IMG/VR virus record: IMGVR_UViG_3300029999_000002
Location: 1 to 64,000 of that record
From: a virus
Strand: one strand, 5' to 3'
DNA length: 64,000 nt
In this document: piece by piece, positions 18,000 through 27,494 of the stretch
Numbering within the stretch: the first letter of the stretch is position 1
How the letters are laid out: each line of letters opens with the position of its first letter
Notes under the pieces: generated by a model
Told to the model about the DNA's origin: nothing
Seen by the model: the letters and a program-made list of their open reading frames with translations, nothing else
Database searches by the model: none
Position numbers and translations under genes: made by a program

Positions 18000-19676
18000 T
18001 TGTCTAAATTTAGCCTAGCAAAGGTCTTCCGTAGTAACCCTTTCAATCAGGCCGGCTACCCGATGACTGAGATGAACGTAAACACGTTCCTCGCATCACT
18101 TGGCGGCACCAACCGGAGCCCGAGTGGAGAGGTAGTGAATGTAGAGACAAGTCTCCAGACATCAACAGTCTGGGCTTGCCTTAACCTCATCTCCACACAG
18201 ATTGCTATCAACCCTCTGAATTTGTACCAGTACGACGCAAAGGGCAGTCGGTCACTGGCGGTTGATCACGATTATTTTGACTTGATCAACAGCAATCCGA
18301 ATCCTCACCAGGACGCAATTGCATTCCGCACTGCTGTACAAGTTCATATTGATCTTACTGGCAATGGGTACATTGAGATTCAGCGAGACGGTGCTGCTCG
18401 TGTAGTTGCCCTCTGGCATCGTGCGTCGAACAGGACAAAACCTGTTCTGCAGCCAAATGGGGTTCTCTTCTACGAGACCACTGATAGTGCCGAAGGCTCT
18501 CCACGCCGCATTGAAGCCTACAACATGGTTCACATCATGGGTATGACAATGAATGGCTATATTGGCCTGGACCCCCTGTATTACTTCAAGGGTTCAATTG
18601 GTGCCAAGCTGGCTATGGATAAGTTTGCCGCACGCTTCTTTGCGAATGATGCAACTCCGTCTGGAATTCTTAGCACCGCAGCCTCAGTAAAGCCTGAAGA
18701 CAAAACAAAGATGCGCGAGGACTGGCAACAGTTGCAGTCTGGGTCACAAACCCATAAGACTGCAATTCTTGATAATGGTCTTAAATATGACAAGATCAGC
18801 GCCACTCAGGATGAGTCCCAGTATCTGCAGACTAAGGTTGAAGTCTCCAAAGAGATAGCAGCCTTCTTCGGCGTGCAAGGATATGCAGTAGGTCTTCTCG
18901 ATAAAGGCATCAAAGCCAACGTTGAACAGCAGGCTCAGGATCTCTACAACTATTGCTTGCGCCCGCGCATGGCTAAGTGGGAGAAGGCATTTAGCCACAA
19001 ACTGTTCTCCACCAAAGGTAGAAGTGCCGGCCGATACTTCGTTGAATATGATGTGTTCAAGTTGTTGCACCCTGATGACACCAGCCTGGAGCAGACGATT
19101 ACTTCTGCTACTCAGAATGGCGGTATGACCCCGAATGAGGGACGTGCGCTTCGTGGATTCAACCCAGTTGGACCTGAAGGTGATCAGCTTTACATTCAGT
19201 TGAACATGCAGACTCTTGAACAGGCTAATTCTGTGGTTCCTGTTGTTGGTCAACCTGACACTGAGCTATTGCTTGAACAAGAAGAGAACAGTTTGAGTCG
19301 CACTGGTGCAACATATCGTGGCCTGTTCAAAGATGGCGTGCAACGCGTCATGAAGGGCAATCGCGACTACAAGGCTGTCTATCGCTGCCTCTGGCCAACA
19401 CTCGAATCAATCTCTAAGGCTGCCCAGATGGGTAAGAAGCTTGATGACTCCGCTGAGTGCAACAAGGCTGTTGAGAAACTGATTGAGGGCATGGAGCACC
19501 GCGCCAAGAAATGGGCAGAAGAGGACATTGAGTCTATCTGCTCCGATGAGCTACGACGGGTTGCCAAGAGCCTCATTTTCGCAGTCAACCAAGATGTAGC
19601 CAACCAAAAATCTAGGGCCGATGTGGCCCAGCTTGAAGCTGATGCAGCTGAGCAGGAGAGTGAAGATGTCGAATAA
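18000..19676 (+). CDS. HK97-family portal protein with C-terminal extension
   Basis: TVWAC..LIS, PNP, LTGNGY, FFANDATPSGIL, MTPNEGR; about 140 extra C-terminal residues. Confidence 0.93.
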   Translation: MSKFSLAKVFRSNPFNQAGYPMTEMNVNTFLASLGGTNRSPSGEVVNVETSLQTSTVWACLNLISTQIAINPLNLYQYDAKGSRSLAVDHDYFDLINSNPNPHQDAIAFRTAVQVHIDLTGNGYIEIQRDGAARVVALWHRASNRTKPVLQPNGVLFYETTDSAEGSPRRIEAYNMVHIMGMTMNGYIGLDPLYYFKGSIGAKLAMDKFAARFFANDATPSGILSTAASVKPEDKTKMREDWQQLQSGSQTHKTAILDNGLKYDKISATQDESQYLQTKVEVSKEIAAFFGVQGYAVGLLDKGIKANVEQQAQDLYNYCLRPRMAKWEKAFSHKLFSTKGRSAGRYFVEYDVFKLLHPDDTSLEQTITSATQNGGMTPNEGRALRGFNPVGPEGDQLYIQLNMQTLEQANSVVPVVGQPDTELLLEQEENSLSRTGATYRGLFKDGVQRVMKGNRDYKAVYRCLWPTLESISKAAQMGKKLDDSAECNKAVEKLIEGMEHRAKKWAEEDIESICSDELRRVAKSLIFAVNQDVANQKSRADVAQLEADAAEQESEDVE

Positions 19677-21633
19677 ACGAGAACGTAGGTTCCTGCAAAG
19701 TGATGTAAGCGTTCAAGGTGATGGTACTCCAAAGATCACGGGTTATGCGGCCGTATTTAATCGGCGCAGTCATAATCTTGGGGATTTTGTCGAGGTCGTG
19801 GACCCGCACGCGTTCGATGCCTGCTTAGCCACCAACCCAGACATCAAGGGCCTTTATAACCATGATGAGGGCCAGGTTCTAGGGCGCACAACTTCCGGCA
19901 CGATGAAAGTATCAGTGGATGCAACTGGTCTCAAGTACGAGATTGATGCTCCTGAAACCTCATATGCAAAGGATCTTCTGATCTCGATGCGCAGAGGTGA
20001 CGTTGACGCTTCTAGCTTTGGTTTTTATTGCGAGAAGGACGTATGGTCTTATGACCGCGAAGCGAAAGTAAATGTTCGCACCCTGTTGCAGTGCAGTGTG
20101 TTTGACTGCAGTGTTGTGACGAATGGTGCGTATCCTGATGCTTCCAGCCAATTGCGCTCTCTTTTCCCTGATGACAAAGGCAATATACCTGAAGCCATCA
20201 CAGAGAAGCTTGCTGAGCTCCGCAATGCACAGCGTAAAGAGAAGCGCGGCCGCAATGTTCTGGCTACTGTCTCTTCCACCAAATGGGCAATCCTTCCTGA
20301 GAAACTTGAAGCCATCTGTGCGTTCCTGAACGCATGGTCTGAAGGTAAGGGACCGAGCAAAGCTGAAGTTCAGGCTGGACTCATGGGCTATGACGAAGAT
20401 GAGTTCGATGACCTCAACGAGGACTCACCTGTTGCTCAGATTAAGGTTTATGGCTCCATTGGTCAGAAGATGAACATGATGACTGAGTTCTCTGGTGGCT
20501 GCTCTTGCGAGAGCCTCACGAAGAGCTTCCGCGCTGCGCTGGCTGATGACTCGATCACTTCAATCGTGTTCGACATTGACTCGCCTGGTGGCACTGTCAC
20601 TGGCGTCCCTGAACTCGCTGCTGAGATCCTCGCTGGACGCGGCAAGAAGCCCATCATCGCTGTTGCTAATGGAATGGCTGCTTCTGCTGCTCTCTGGATT
20701 GCTACTGCTGCTGATAAGTTCTACTGCATCCCGAGTGGTGATGTTGGATCGATTGGCGTCTATATGACGCATCAGGACGTTTCGCAAGCCATGGACAAAG
20801 CCGGTGTGAAGATGACCTTCATCAAGGCGGGCAAGTACAAGACGGATGGTAACCCCTATGAGCCAGCTTCCGCCGAGTTCCTCGCAGACGCCCAACGAGG
20901 TGTTGACGAGTTCTACGAGATGTTCGTTGCTGGTGTTGCTGCTGGTCGCAATGTATCAGCGGCTAAAGTAATGTCGGATTTCGGCCAGGGCAGAATGCTT
21001 ATGGCTAAGGATGCACTTGCTGCGGGTTTGATTGATGGAATCCAGACATTGGATGAAGTTGTTGCTGGACTGAGTGCTGTAGATAGTTCGGCTAGTTCTT
21101 TTGGAGGAACGCAGATGAGCGCAGCAAAGATTTCTGAGACTGGCTGCACTTGCATGTGTCCCCAGTGTGTGGGTGGAGATCACCCCAATTGTACGGGTCC
21201 TGTTGATGGAACCTGTGACTATGACGGTGACAAGGACGCTCCGGACGACAACAACGATGGTCAGCAGGCTTCCAAGCAGGCAATCATGGATAGTGGCTGC
21301 AATTGCCCCTGTCCCGAGTGCATGGCGGGTCTTCATTCGCAGTGCACAGGTCTGGATGGCGCGTGTGATCAAGATGGTGACAGAGATGCGCCAGATGATG
21401 CCAATGACGGCCAACAGGCTTCCAAGGTAGTAAAGACCGTGATTGATACGTGTGGTTGCATGTGCCCCGAATGTATGGATGGCGACCACGATGATTGCAC
21501 CGGTCAAGAAGATGGCTGCGATTGGGATGATGACGATGAAGACTTCGATGATGACGATGAGTTGGCAAAGGCTGAAGCTGAGGCCAATGCGAATACTCTA
21601 GCCAAGGTCAAAGTCATGCAGATGAGTCAGTAA
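19666..21633 (+). CDS. fused HK97-type prohead protease + S49 (SppA/ClpP-like) peptidase + Cys/Asp-rich repeats
   Basis: GYAAVFN, LYNHD, LGRT, SSFGF, SVVT.AY; then DIDSPGG, MAASAA, VGSIGV, GKYK; AGGAG RBS before ATG 19666. Confidence 0.9.
   Translation: MSNKRERRFLQSDVSVQGDGTPKITGYAAVFNRRSHNLGDFVEVVDPHAFDACLATNPDIKGLYNHDEGQVLGRTTSGTMKVSVDATGLKYEIDAPETSYAKDLLISMRRGDVDASSFGFYCEKDVWSYDREAKVNVRTLLQCSVFDCSVVTNGAYPDASSQLRSLFPDDKGNIPEAITEKLAELRNAQRKEKRGRNVLATVSSTKWAILPEKLEAICAFLNAWSEGKGPSKAEVQAGLMGYDEDEFDDLNEDSPVAQIKVYGSIGQKMNMMTEFSGGCSCESLTKSFRAALADDSITSIVFDIDSPGGTVTGVPELAAEILAGRGKKPIIAVANGMAASAALWIATAADKFYCIPSGDVGSIGVYMTHQDVSQAMDKAGVKMTFIKAGKYKTDGNPYEPASAEFLADAQRGVDEFYEMFVAGVAAGRNVSAAKVMSDFGQGRMLMAKDALAAGLIDGIQTLDEVVAGLSAVDSSASSFGGTQMSAAKISETGCTCMCPQCVGGDHPNCTGPVDGTCDYDGDKDAPDDNNDGQQASKQAIMDSGCNCPCPECMAGLHSQCTGLDGACDQDGDRDAPDDANDGQQASKVVKTVIDTCGCMCPECMDGDHDDCTGQEDGCDWDDDDEDFDDDDELAKAEAEANANTLAKVKVMQMSQ
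21142..21530 (+). repeat. three tandem ~50 aa Cys-rich coding repeats
   Basis: CxCxCPxCxxGxHxxCTGxxxGxCD three times, DGDxDAPDDxNDGQQASK twice. Confidence 0.9.
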
Positions 21634-21655
21634 CCCACAACCAATAGAAACACCT

Positions 21656-21684
21656 AAGCCCTCCTGATCACTCGGAGGGCTTTT
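21656..21684 (+). terminator. intrinsic terminator
   Basis: AAGCCCTCC-TGATCACTC-GGAGGGCTTTT. Confidence 0.75.
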
Positions 21685-21819
21685 CAGTTTGGCAAAAAGT
21701 TAGTCCGCGAGTCGGTGCCTTTGAATAGGCAACTGCGATTTTGTCTGCGTTGAAGAAAGTCCCAGGTGGGCTTCTCTGTCCCGCGCTGCAACACCAATCT
21801 GTAACACCTAAGGAACCAT

Positions 21820-23037
21820 ATGAACATTGTTGAAATGAAGGAAAAGCGCAACCGACTCGTAGTAGAAGCCTCCAGCCTCGTCAAGGGCGACATGAACGCC
21901 GAGACGCGCGCCAAGGTTGATGCGATCTACGCTGATGCGGATGCAATCAAGGGCGACATCGAGCGCGCTGAGCGTTCTGAGGCTCTCGAAGCCGAGATGC
22001 GCAAGAGCACTCCCCCGCCTCCGACCTCGCTGGGTGATTCGGCCCAGGCTGAGTCTGCTGCGAAGGAAGTTCGCGCGGCGAAGTACAAGGAAGCTTTCTC
22101 CACCTATCTCCGCAAGGGCGAGCGTGGCGTGAATGCTGAGCAGGCAAGCATCCTCTCTGAGTACCGTACTCAGTCGGCTGCTACGCTGGGCTCTGGTGGT
22201 TACACCGTGCCAATCGATCTGGCTGACCAGATTGAAGTGGCGTTGAAATACTTCGGTGGAATGCGCGCCGTCTCCAAGAACATCAAGACCTCTGGCGGTG
22301 GAACGTTGAACTGGCCTACGAACAACGACGTGACCAACGTTGGTGCGATTCTGAGCGGTTCTGCTGCAGAGCAGGATCTGACGTTCAGCAACGTGCCGTT
22401 CGGTGCGTTCACGTACACCACGAAGCAGATCCCGGTTCAGAAAGAGCTCCTGCAGGATTCGGCGTTCAATCTGGAAGAGTTCATTCGTGAGGCGTTCGTC
22501 AACCGTATCGGCCGTATCCAGAACACTCATTTCACCGTGGGAACTGGTACCACGATGCCTAATGGTGTTGGCGTTGTCTGTCCGACTGGTGTGACTGCTG
22601 CGACCGGTGGAGCGACCTCGATCACGTATGGCAATCTTGTGGACACTCTCCACTCGGTTGATGTTGCGTATCGTTCGGGCGCGAAGTGGATGTTCAATGA
22701 TCTGACCCTTGCGGCTCTCCGTAAGTTGGTTGATACGCAGAACCGCCCTCTGTTGGGTCTGGGAATCAACGGTGGCGATCCTGACACCATCTTGGGCTAC
22801 CAGTATGTCATCAACAATGACGTACCGGTAATGGCTGCTTCTGCTAAGTCTGTTCTGTTCGGCGACTTCAGCAAGTATCTCATCCGTGACGTTGCTGAGT
22901 CGCTTCAGATCGTTCGTTTGGATGAGCTCGGCGCATTAAGTAACCAAGTTATTTTTGTCGGTTTTACTCGTGCTGACGGACAGCTGCTCGACGCGGGTAC
23001 CCACCCGATTCAGGCGTTCGCCAACAGCGCGACTTAA
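21820..23037 (+). CDS. major capsid protein, HK97 fold with N-terminal delta domain
   Basis: coiled-coil N-terminus, GGYTVP, ELLQDSAFNLE, GTGT..P.G, FGDFS, RADG. Confidence 0.95.
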   Translation: MNIVEMKEKRNRLVVEASSLVKGDMNAETRAKVDAIYADADAIKGDIERAERSEALEAEMRKSTPPPPTSLGDSAQAESAAKEVRAAKYKEAFSTYLRKGERGVNAEQASILSEYRTQSAATLGSGGYTVPIDLADQIEVALKYFGGMRAVSKNIKTSGGGTLNWPTNNDVTNVGAILSGSAAEQDLTFSNVPFGAFTYTTKQIPVQKELLQDSAFNLEEFIREAFVNRIGRIQNTHFTVGTGTTMPNGVGVVCPTGVTAATGGATSITYGNLVDTLHSVDVAYRSGAKWMFNDLTLAALRKLVDTQNRPLLGLGINGGDPDTILGYQYVINNDVPVMAASAKSVLFGDFSKYLIRDVAESLQIVRLDELGALSNQVIFVGFTRADGQLLDAGTHPIQAFANSAT

Positions 23038-23068
23038 TTCCTAGTAACTAACACATAGTAAAGCACTT

Positions 23069-23118
23069 ACGGGCTTACCCTCCATGCGATAGCGGACGAG
23101 GGTAAGCCGTACTTGTTT
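23069..23118 (+). terminator. hairpin / probable terminator after the capsid gene
   Basis: GGCTTACCCTC...GAGGGTAAGCC followed by ACTTGTTT. Confidence 0.6.
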
Positions 23119-23139
23119 GAAGAATAAAGGCAATCACAA

Positions 23140-24081
23140 ATGAACGGATACATCTACAAGATTACGAACACTATCAATGGCATGGTGTATGTTGGCCAAA
23201 CTGTATCTCAAGTGAGATCAAGGTTTGCTTCACATAAGAGAAATGCAAAGAACCTCTCAAACAATTTCAAGATCACATTAGCAATCGCTAAGTACAAACC
23301 TGAGAACTTTACCGTAGAAACACTCGCGCAGGTTCCTCGTGAATGGCTTAATGCAGCAGAGGTTTCTTTCATAGCTGCTTGCAAGTCCAACGACCTTTTA
23401 TTTGGGTACAACATAAACGCTGGTGGGAGCGGGTATGCAGAGTGGACATCAGAAAAGATTAGTAAGGCAATGGCTGGGCGAATTCCTTGGAACAAGGGAA
23501 AGCAGGGACCGCCCGCATGGAACAAAGGTCTCCCGTGGGACGAGACTACCAAAGCAAAGATGGCAGGTCCCAGAGGCCCTATCACGCAGCAGCGTCGAGA
23601 GGCTAATGCTGCTCGCAATATGTCACCCGATAAAGTTCTAGCCAGAGAAACAAAAGCTGCAAACAGACTCGCAGAACGACTGGCTAAGAAGGCTGTCAAG
23701 AGTGAGGCCGCAGTCATCGCGCGCCAAAAGAGATTAGAAGAAAAGCCCGTCTTGGAACCAAGGCAGTTTCTCCCCGGAGCAATTCCGTGGAACAAAGGTG
23801 TGCCAGCTTCCGAAGAGCACAAGCTGAAACTCAGTGAGTCCCACAAGGGAATCATTCCTTCAGCAGAGTCCAATGCCAAGCGTGCTGCTTCCCTTCGTGG
23901 TCAGAAGCGCACAGAAGCTCAGCGCAAGACGATGAGTGAGTCGGCTATAGGACGAAAGAATTCAGATGAACATAAACAGTCTTGCAGAGACGCCATCAAG
24001 GCGTTGTGGGCAGACCCTGTTTACAGAGAGAACATGCTTCAGTCTCGTCGAGATAAAGCAGCGCTGCGCAAAGCGGCATAA
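23140..24081 (+). mobile_element. free-standing GIY-YIG homing endonuclease with NUMOD3-like repeats
   Basis: GYIYKITN...VYVGQT..R...H, GYN; PWNKG repeats; SEEHKLKLSESHKG. Confidence 0.9.
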
Positions 24082-24089
24082 GGAGTTTT

Positions 24090-24296
24090 ATGAAAGTAAA
24101 AATTGAGCAGTCCATCGCTGGACACGAGTTTGCATATGCACCAGGTGACATTGCTGATCTCGAACCTGAACTAGCTTCTGCTTGGATCGAATCAGGCGTT
24201 GCAAGTCGCATCGCGCCGACTGTTAAGACCAAAGAATTCGCAGTGCCCGCAAAAGCCGAAACCCCTGAGAAGCCTAAGACTGAGACCGTAGCCTAA
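24090..24296 (+). CDS. small virion-associated protein
   Basis: MKVK..QSIAG....Y.PGD......A..WI.SG.A; AGGAG RBS. Confidence 0.7.
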   Translation: MKVKIEQSIAGHEFAYAPGDIADLEPELASAWIESGVASRIAPTVKTKEFAVPAKAETPEKPKTETVA

Positions 24297-24310
24297 GGAG
24301 GGCCACCAAG

Positions 24311-25240
24311 ATGCCCTTTCCTCTACGCAGGACACTCGACCCGCTTGTGGAACCCGTATCCCTCGCGGCGATGAAGAATTATTTGCGTGTTGACATTGAT
24401 GACGATGATGATTTTATCTCAACGCTGATTAGTGTTGCACGGGAACGCGCGGAGGACATGACAGGCAGGTGCCTGTTGGCTCAAGAGTGGACATTCTCCA
24501 TGGACCGTTTCCCATGTTATTGGGGAGAAGGGCGCGGTGAGGGATTCTTTGGGCAGCATCATGAGTTCCATCAGTCGTTGTTCAGACGCAATGATCTCGC
24601 TATCACGCTGCCTCGCGGACCTGTCATCAGTGTTGAGAGCATTCAGTATGTTGACAACACGCAGACTTTACAAACACTGAACCCTGAGAGCTATGAAGTT
24701 GATTACCTGTCACAGCCAGCTAGGATCACTCCTGTTTACGCAGGAAGCTGGCCGACTGCCCTGTGGGATACCAACTCTGTAACCATCATGTTCACAGCAG
24801 GCTATCAGCAGACTGTGACAGAGATCCTGAACTTGGTTCCAGTGTACGCAGTTGGTACAACACCCCCAGTGACTGCATACTCTGCAACGCTTCAGCGTGC
24901 AAGTACGGCTATTGCACTTGTGTCTTGCTCTGACTTGACTCTTGGTGCAGCAACTAACCCAGTATCTGTGGTTCCTGTTGCTGGTGTGACATTCAGCAAT
25001 GGCGTCTTGGTTCTACCTTCCACTGTGAATCCAGATGATGTTATTCAGGCTGTTTACACAGTCACCAGTATCCCTCAGAGCTTCCTGCATGCAATCAAGC
25101 TTATCTGCAGCACCTATTACGAGAATCGCGCGGAAGTCATTCAAGGTGGAGGAAACTTCAATTCTTTTCCATTGCCGTTTGGTGCAGCTTCACTCTTGAA
25201 GACCTATGAATTGTTTCCGCTTGGATACCCGAAGGGATAA
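24311..25240 (+). CDS. head-tail connector (gp6-like) with internal insertion
   Basis: EPVSL..MK.YLRVD..DDD.I..LI..ARE.AE..TGR, F.AGY, IP.....AIK......YENR. Confidence 0.88.
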   Translation: MPFPLRRTLDPLVEPVSLAAMKNYLRVDIDDDDDFISTLISVARERAEDMTGRCLLAQEWTFSMDRFPCYWGEGRGEGFFGQHHEFHQSLFRRNDLAITLPRGPVISVESIQYVDNTQTLQTLNPESYEVDYLSQPARITPVYAGSWPTALWDTNSVTIMFTAGYQQTVTEILNLVPVYAVGTTPPVTAYSATLQRASTAIALVSCSDLTLGAATNPVSVVPVAGVTFSNGVLVLPSTVNPDDVIQAVYTVTSIPQSFLHAIKLICSTYYENRAEVIQGGGNFNSFPLPFGAASLLKTYELFPLGYPKG

Positions 25241-25246
25241 ACAAAT

Positions 25247-25600
25247 ATGCAAGCAGGAACCCTTCGACATCGCATCACAATTCAATCCCCTCCCCCTGCT
25301 TCAGGTGATCCGTTCGCGTCTCTGCCTTCAGGTTCTCCCCCGGCATGGATACCTGTTGTCACTATGTGGGCAAGCATTTCTCCGCTGACTAGCAAGGAAG
25401 TCTTCCAGGCAGGCCAATTGAACATGAAGGTCAGCCATAAAATCATGATCCGCTATCCAGGTGCAGCTTACACAGTGAGCGCCGGTGACCAGGTTGTGTT
25501 TGGATTCAGAGTTTTCAATCTTGCAACTGGGATCATCAATCCCGATGAGCGCAACATTGTGCTTGAACTTCTCGCCTATGAGATCACCGCTAACCAATAA
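25247..25600 (+). CDS. head closure / head-tail adaptor
   Basis: MQAGTLRHRITIQ...W....WASI.PL...E....HKI.IRY. Confidence 0.9.
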   Translation: MQAGTLRHRITIQSPPPASGDPFASLPSGSPPAWIPVVTMWASISPLTSKEVFQAGQLNMKVSHKIMIRYPGAAYTVSAGDQVVFGFRVFNLATGIINPDERNIVLELLAYEITANQ

Positions 25601-25611
25601 AGGAGGACCTC

Positions 25612-26046
25612 ATGGACGTGCGTTGTGAAGTTCGACTGAATGGTATCGAGGAGATGCTCAATCAGATTGGACCCAAGCTGGCAAAGTCTCATCTCCGCAA
25701 GGCAATGAAGCAGTCAATGATGCTGATCGAGGCAGATGCCAAAGCGAGAGCCCCGGTGGACACAGGCTCTCTCAGGGACTCGATCACTACTGTGACCGTG
25801 CTGAATGCTAACAAGGAGTCGGGAAGAGCCTCTGTAGGCCCAGCAATGACACCTGGATTGAAGAAGTCTGGTAATGATCCCACACAAGACCCAGGGTTCT
25901 ATGGTCGCCTTGTTGAGTTCGGCGTACCAAAGAGGAACATTCAGAAGCAGCCATTTTTGCGGCCTAGTTTTGACGCGCAGGCTGAGAACGTTGTGGCCAA
26001 GTTCGCAGAGGTTCTCAAAGAGGGTCTGTTGGAGGCAGTCAAATGA
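25612..26046 (+). CDS. HK97 gp10-like tail completion protein
   Basis: APVDTGSLRDSI, YGRLVEFG, QPFLRPSF. Confidence 0.9.
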   Translation: MDVRCEVRLNGIEEMLNQIGPKLAKSHLRKAMKQSMMLIEADAKARAPVDTGSLRDSITTVTVLNANKESGRASVGPAMTPGLKKSGNDPTQDPGFYGRLVEFGVPKRNIQKQPFLRPSFDAQAENVVAKFAEVLKEGLLEAVK

Positions 26047-26471
26047 CTCTAACGCCGCTCATCCTTCTTGAACAAGGCTTACTGCAGTTGCTGAAAGCCG
26101 ACCCTGATGTATCTGGTTTCGCTACTGTAGCAGGAATCTTCCTGAACTCAGTACCAGAGACCGCTCCTGATCCCTCTTGTTGCTTCTCAAAAATCTCCGC
26201 AACACCGGATACCACGAATGATGGTCCGTCTGGTCTGAATTTCAGGCGCTATCAGTTTGAAACATTCTCGAAAGACTACCCGACCGCTTTATTGCTTGCG
26301 GCATACATCCGCAAAGCAATCGACGGGTTCAGTGGAACTTTGCCGAATGGCAAGAGGGTATTCAACATCATCCGAGATAACGAGATTGATGGCTTTGATG
26401 ATGTCACAGGTGAGAGCAGAGTGATCACTGACTACTTCATTCACTATTTGGATGCGAACACTCTTGGCTAG
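26043..26471 (+). CDS. tail terminator (DUF3168-like)
   Basis: position and R.Q...FS.DY..A..LA..IR.A.DG pattern. Confidence 0.75.
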   Translation: MTLTPLILLEQGLLQLLKADPDVSGFATVAGIFLNSVPETAPDPSCCFSKISATPDTTNDGPSGLNFRRYQFETFSKDYPTALLLAAYIRKAIDGFSGTLPNGKRVFNIIRDNEIDGFDDVTGESRVITDYFIHYLDANTLG

Positions 26472-26556
26472 TATCTCGCCGTAATCTCCGCACATTTTAC
26501 CCAGTAACACCAACAGCCCACCTCAAGTGGGCCATTCAAGTTTAAGGACAAAACAC

Positions 26557-27015
26557 ATGGCCGATCTCGTCAGTAAAGCATTTACAGGAAAAGGAACAGT
26601 ATTCTCCATCGGCACGGCCGGTGTCACTCCTACCTACACCGGGGTTAGTGAACTAAAGACGTTCTCTTTCTCTGGAACCAAAAATGATACGGAAGATGTC
26701 ACCAACAGTGACTCGGCCGGTCGCGCACGTGAGTTCCTTGTGACTCTGCTCGATAGCGGTGAAATCTCGGTATCAGGCAACTACGTTGCTTCTGATGCTG
26801 GGCAGATCGCGTTTCGCGCAGCTTTCAATTCAGGCGTCATTCTTCCTTTCAAGATTCAGCTTCCGCTTGCACCTGGTCAGACGACCCTTGGTGACTTGTT
26901 TACGTTTCTTGGTCTTGTTACTGAGAACGCACTTGATTTGCAGTTCGACAAGGCCACGTCGTTCGCGGGTAAGGTAAAAATTTCTGGTTTGATTACCTAC
27001 ACGGAAGGCTCTTAG
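26557..27015 (+). CDS. major tail tube protein
   Basis: EDVTNSDS...REF...L.DSGE.S..GNY...GQ; start MADLVSK with AGGA RBS. Confidence 0.88.
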   Translation: MADLVSKAFTGKGTVFSIGTAGVTPTYTGVSELKTFSFSGTKNDTEDVTNSDSAGRAREFLVTLLDSGEISVSGNYVASDAGQIAFRAAFNSGVILPFKIQLPLAPGQTTLGDLFTFLGLVTENALDLQFDKATSFAGKVKISGLITYTEGS

Positions 27016-27023
27016 AAAATAAA

Positions 27024-27059
27024 GGGCTATTTATCAACTACTTAGAAGGTAAATAGCCC
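27024..27059 (+). terminator. hairpin after the tail tube gene
   Basis: GGGCTATTTATC...GGTAAATAGCCC then GTTGTTTT. Confidence 0.55.
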
Positions 27060-27110
27060 AGTTGTTTTACCGAAACACAAAATTAGAAACACCCAAGGAC
27101 ATTACACCCA

Positions 27111-27494
27111 ATGGCATCTCGCAAGTCAGTAGCAGGCATTCCCGGTAAAGACCCAACTCTTCCCAACGTCCCACTCGAACTCAATGGCAAGGTGTATCAC
27201 TTGGCATTCAGTTTTAATGCGATGGCGAAGGTTGAAGAACTCACTGGTCTTAAATTGCTGAACGCAATTGAGTTCAATGACCTCAGCGTCACCCAGTATA
27301 GAGCCCTCCTGTTCTCTGCCCTGCTTACCGAGAACCCAGACATCACACTCGAAGAGGTGGGCAACTTGATCAACCTCAAGACGTTGGCGCCTATCACTGT
27401 TGCTCTCGTCCATGCGTGGACAGGAAGCCAGCCTGAGGTGGTTGCCCTAGGCAAAGATGAAAACCCTCCAGTGGAGCAGCCGGCCCAGAGTTAA
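27111..27494 (+). CDS. tail assembly chaperone (gpG-like)
   Basis: position between tail tube and tape measure; slippery site near the 3' end. Confidence 0.8.
   Translation: MASRKSVAGIPGKDPTLPNVPLELNGKVYHLAFSFNAMAKVEELTGLKLLNAIEFNDLSVTQYRALLFSALLTENPDITLEEVGNLINLKTLAPITVALVHAWTGSQPEVVALGKDENPPVEQPAQS

Noticed and set aside
21808-22653. Long antisense ORFs (281 aa opposite the capsid gene and similar ones opposite tail genes)
   Set aside because: Shadow ORFs produced by biased codon usage; no RBS or recognisable motifs
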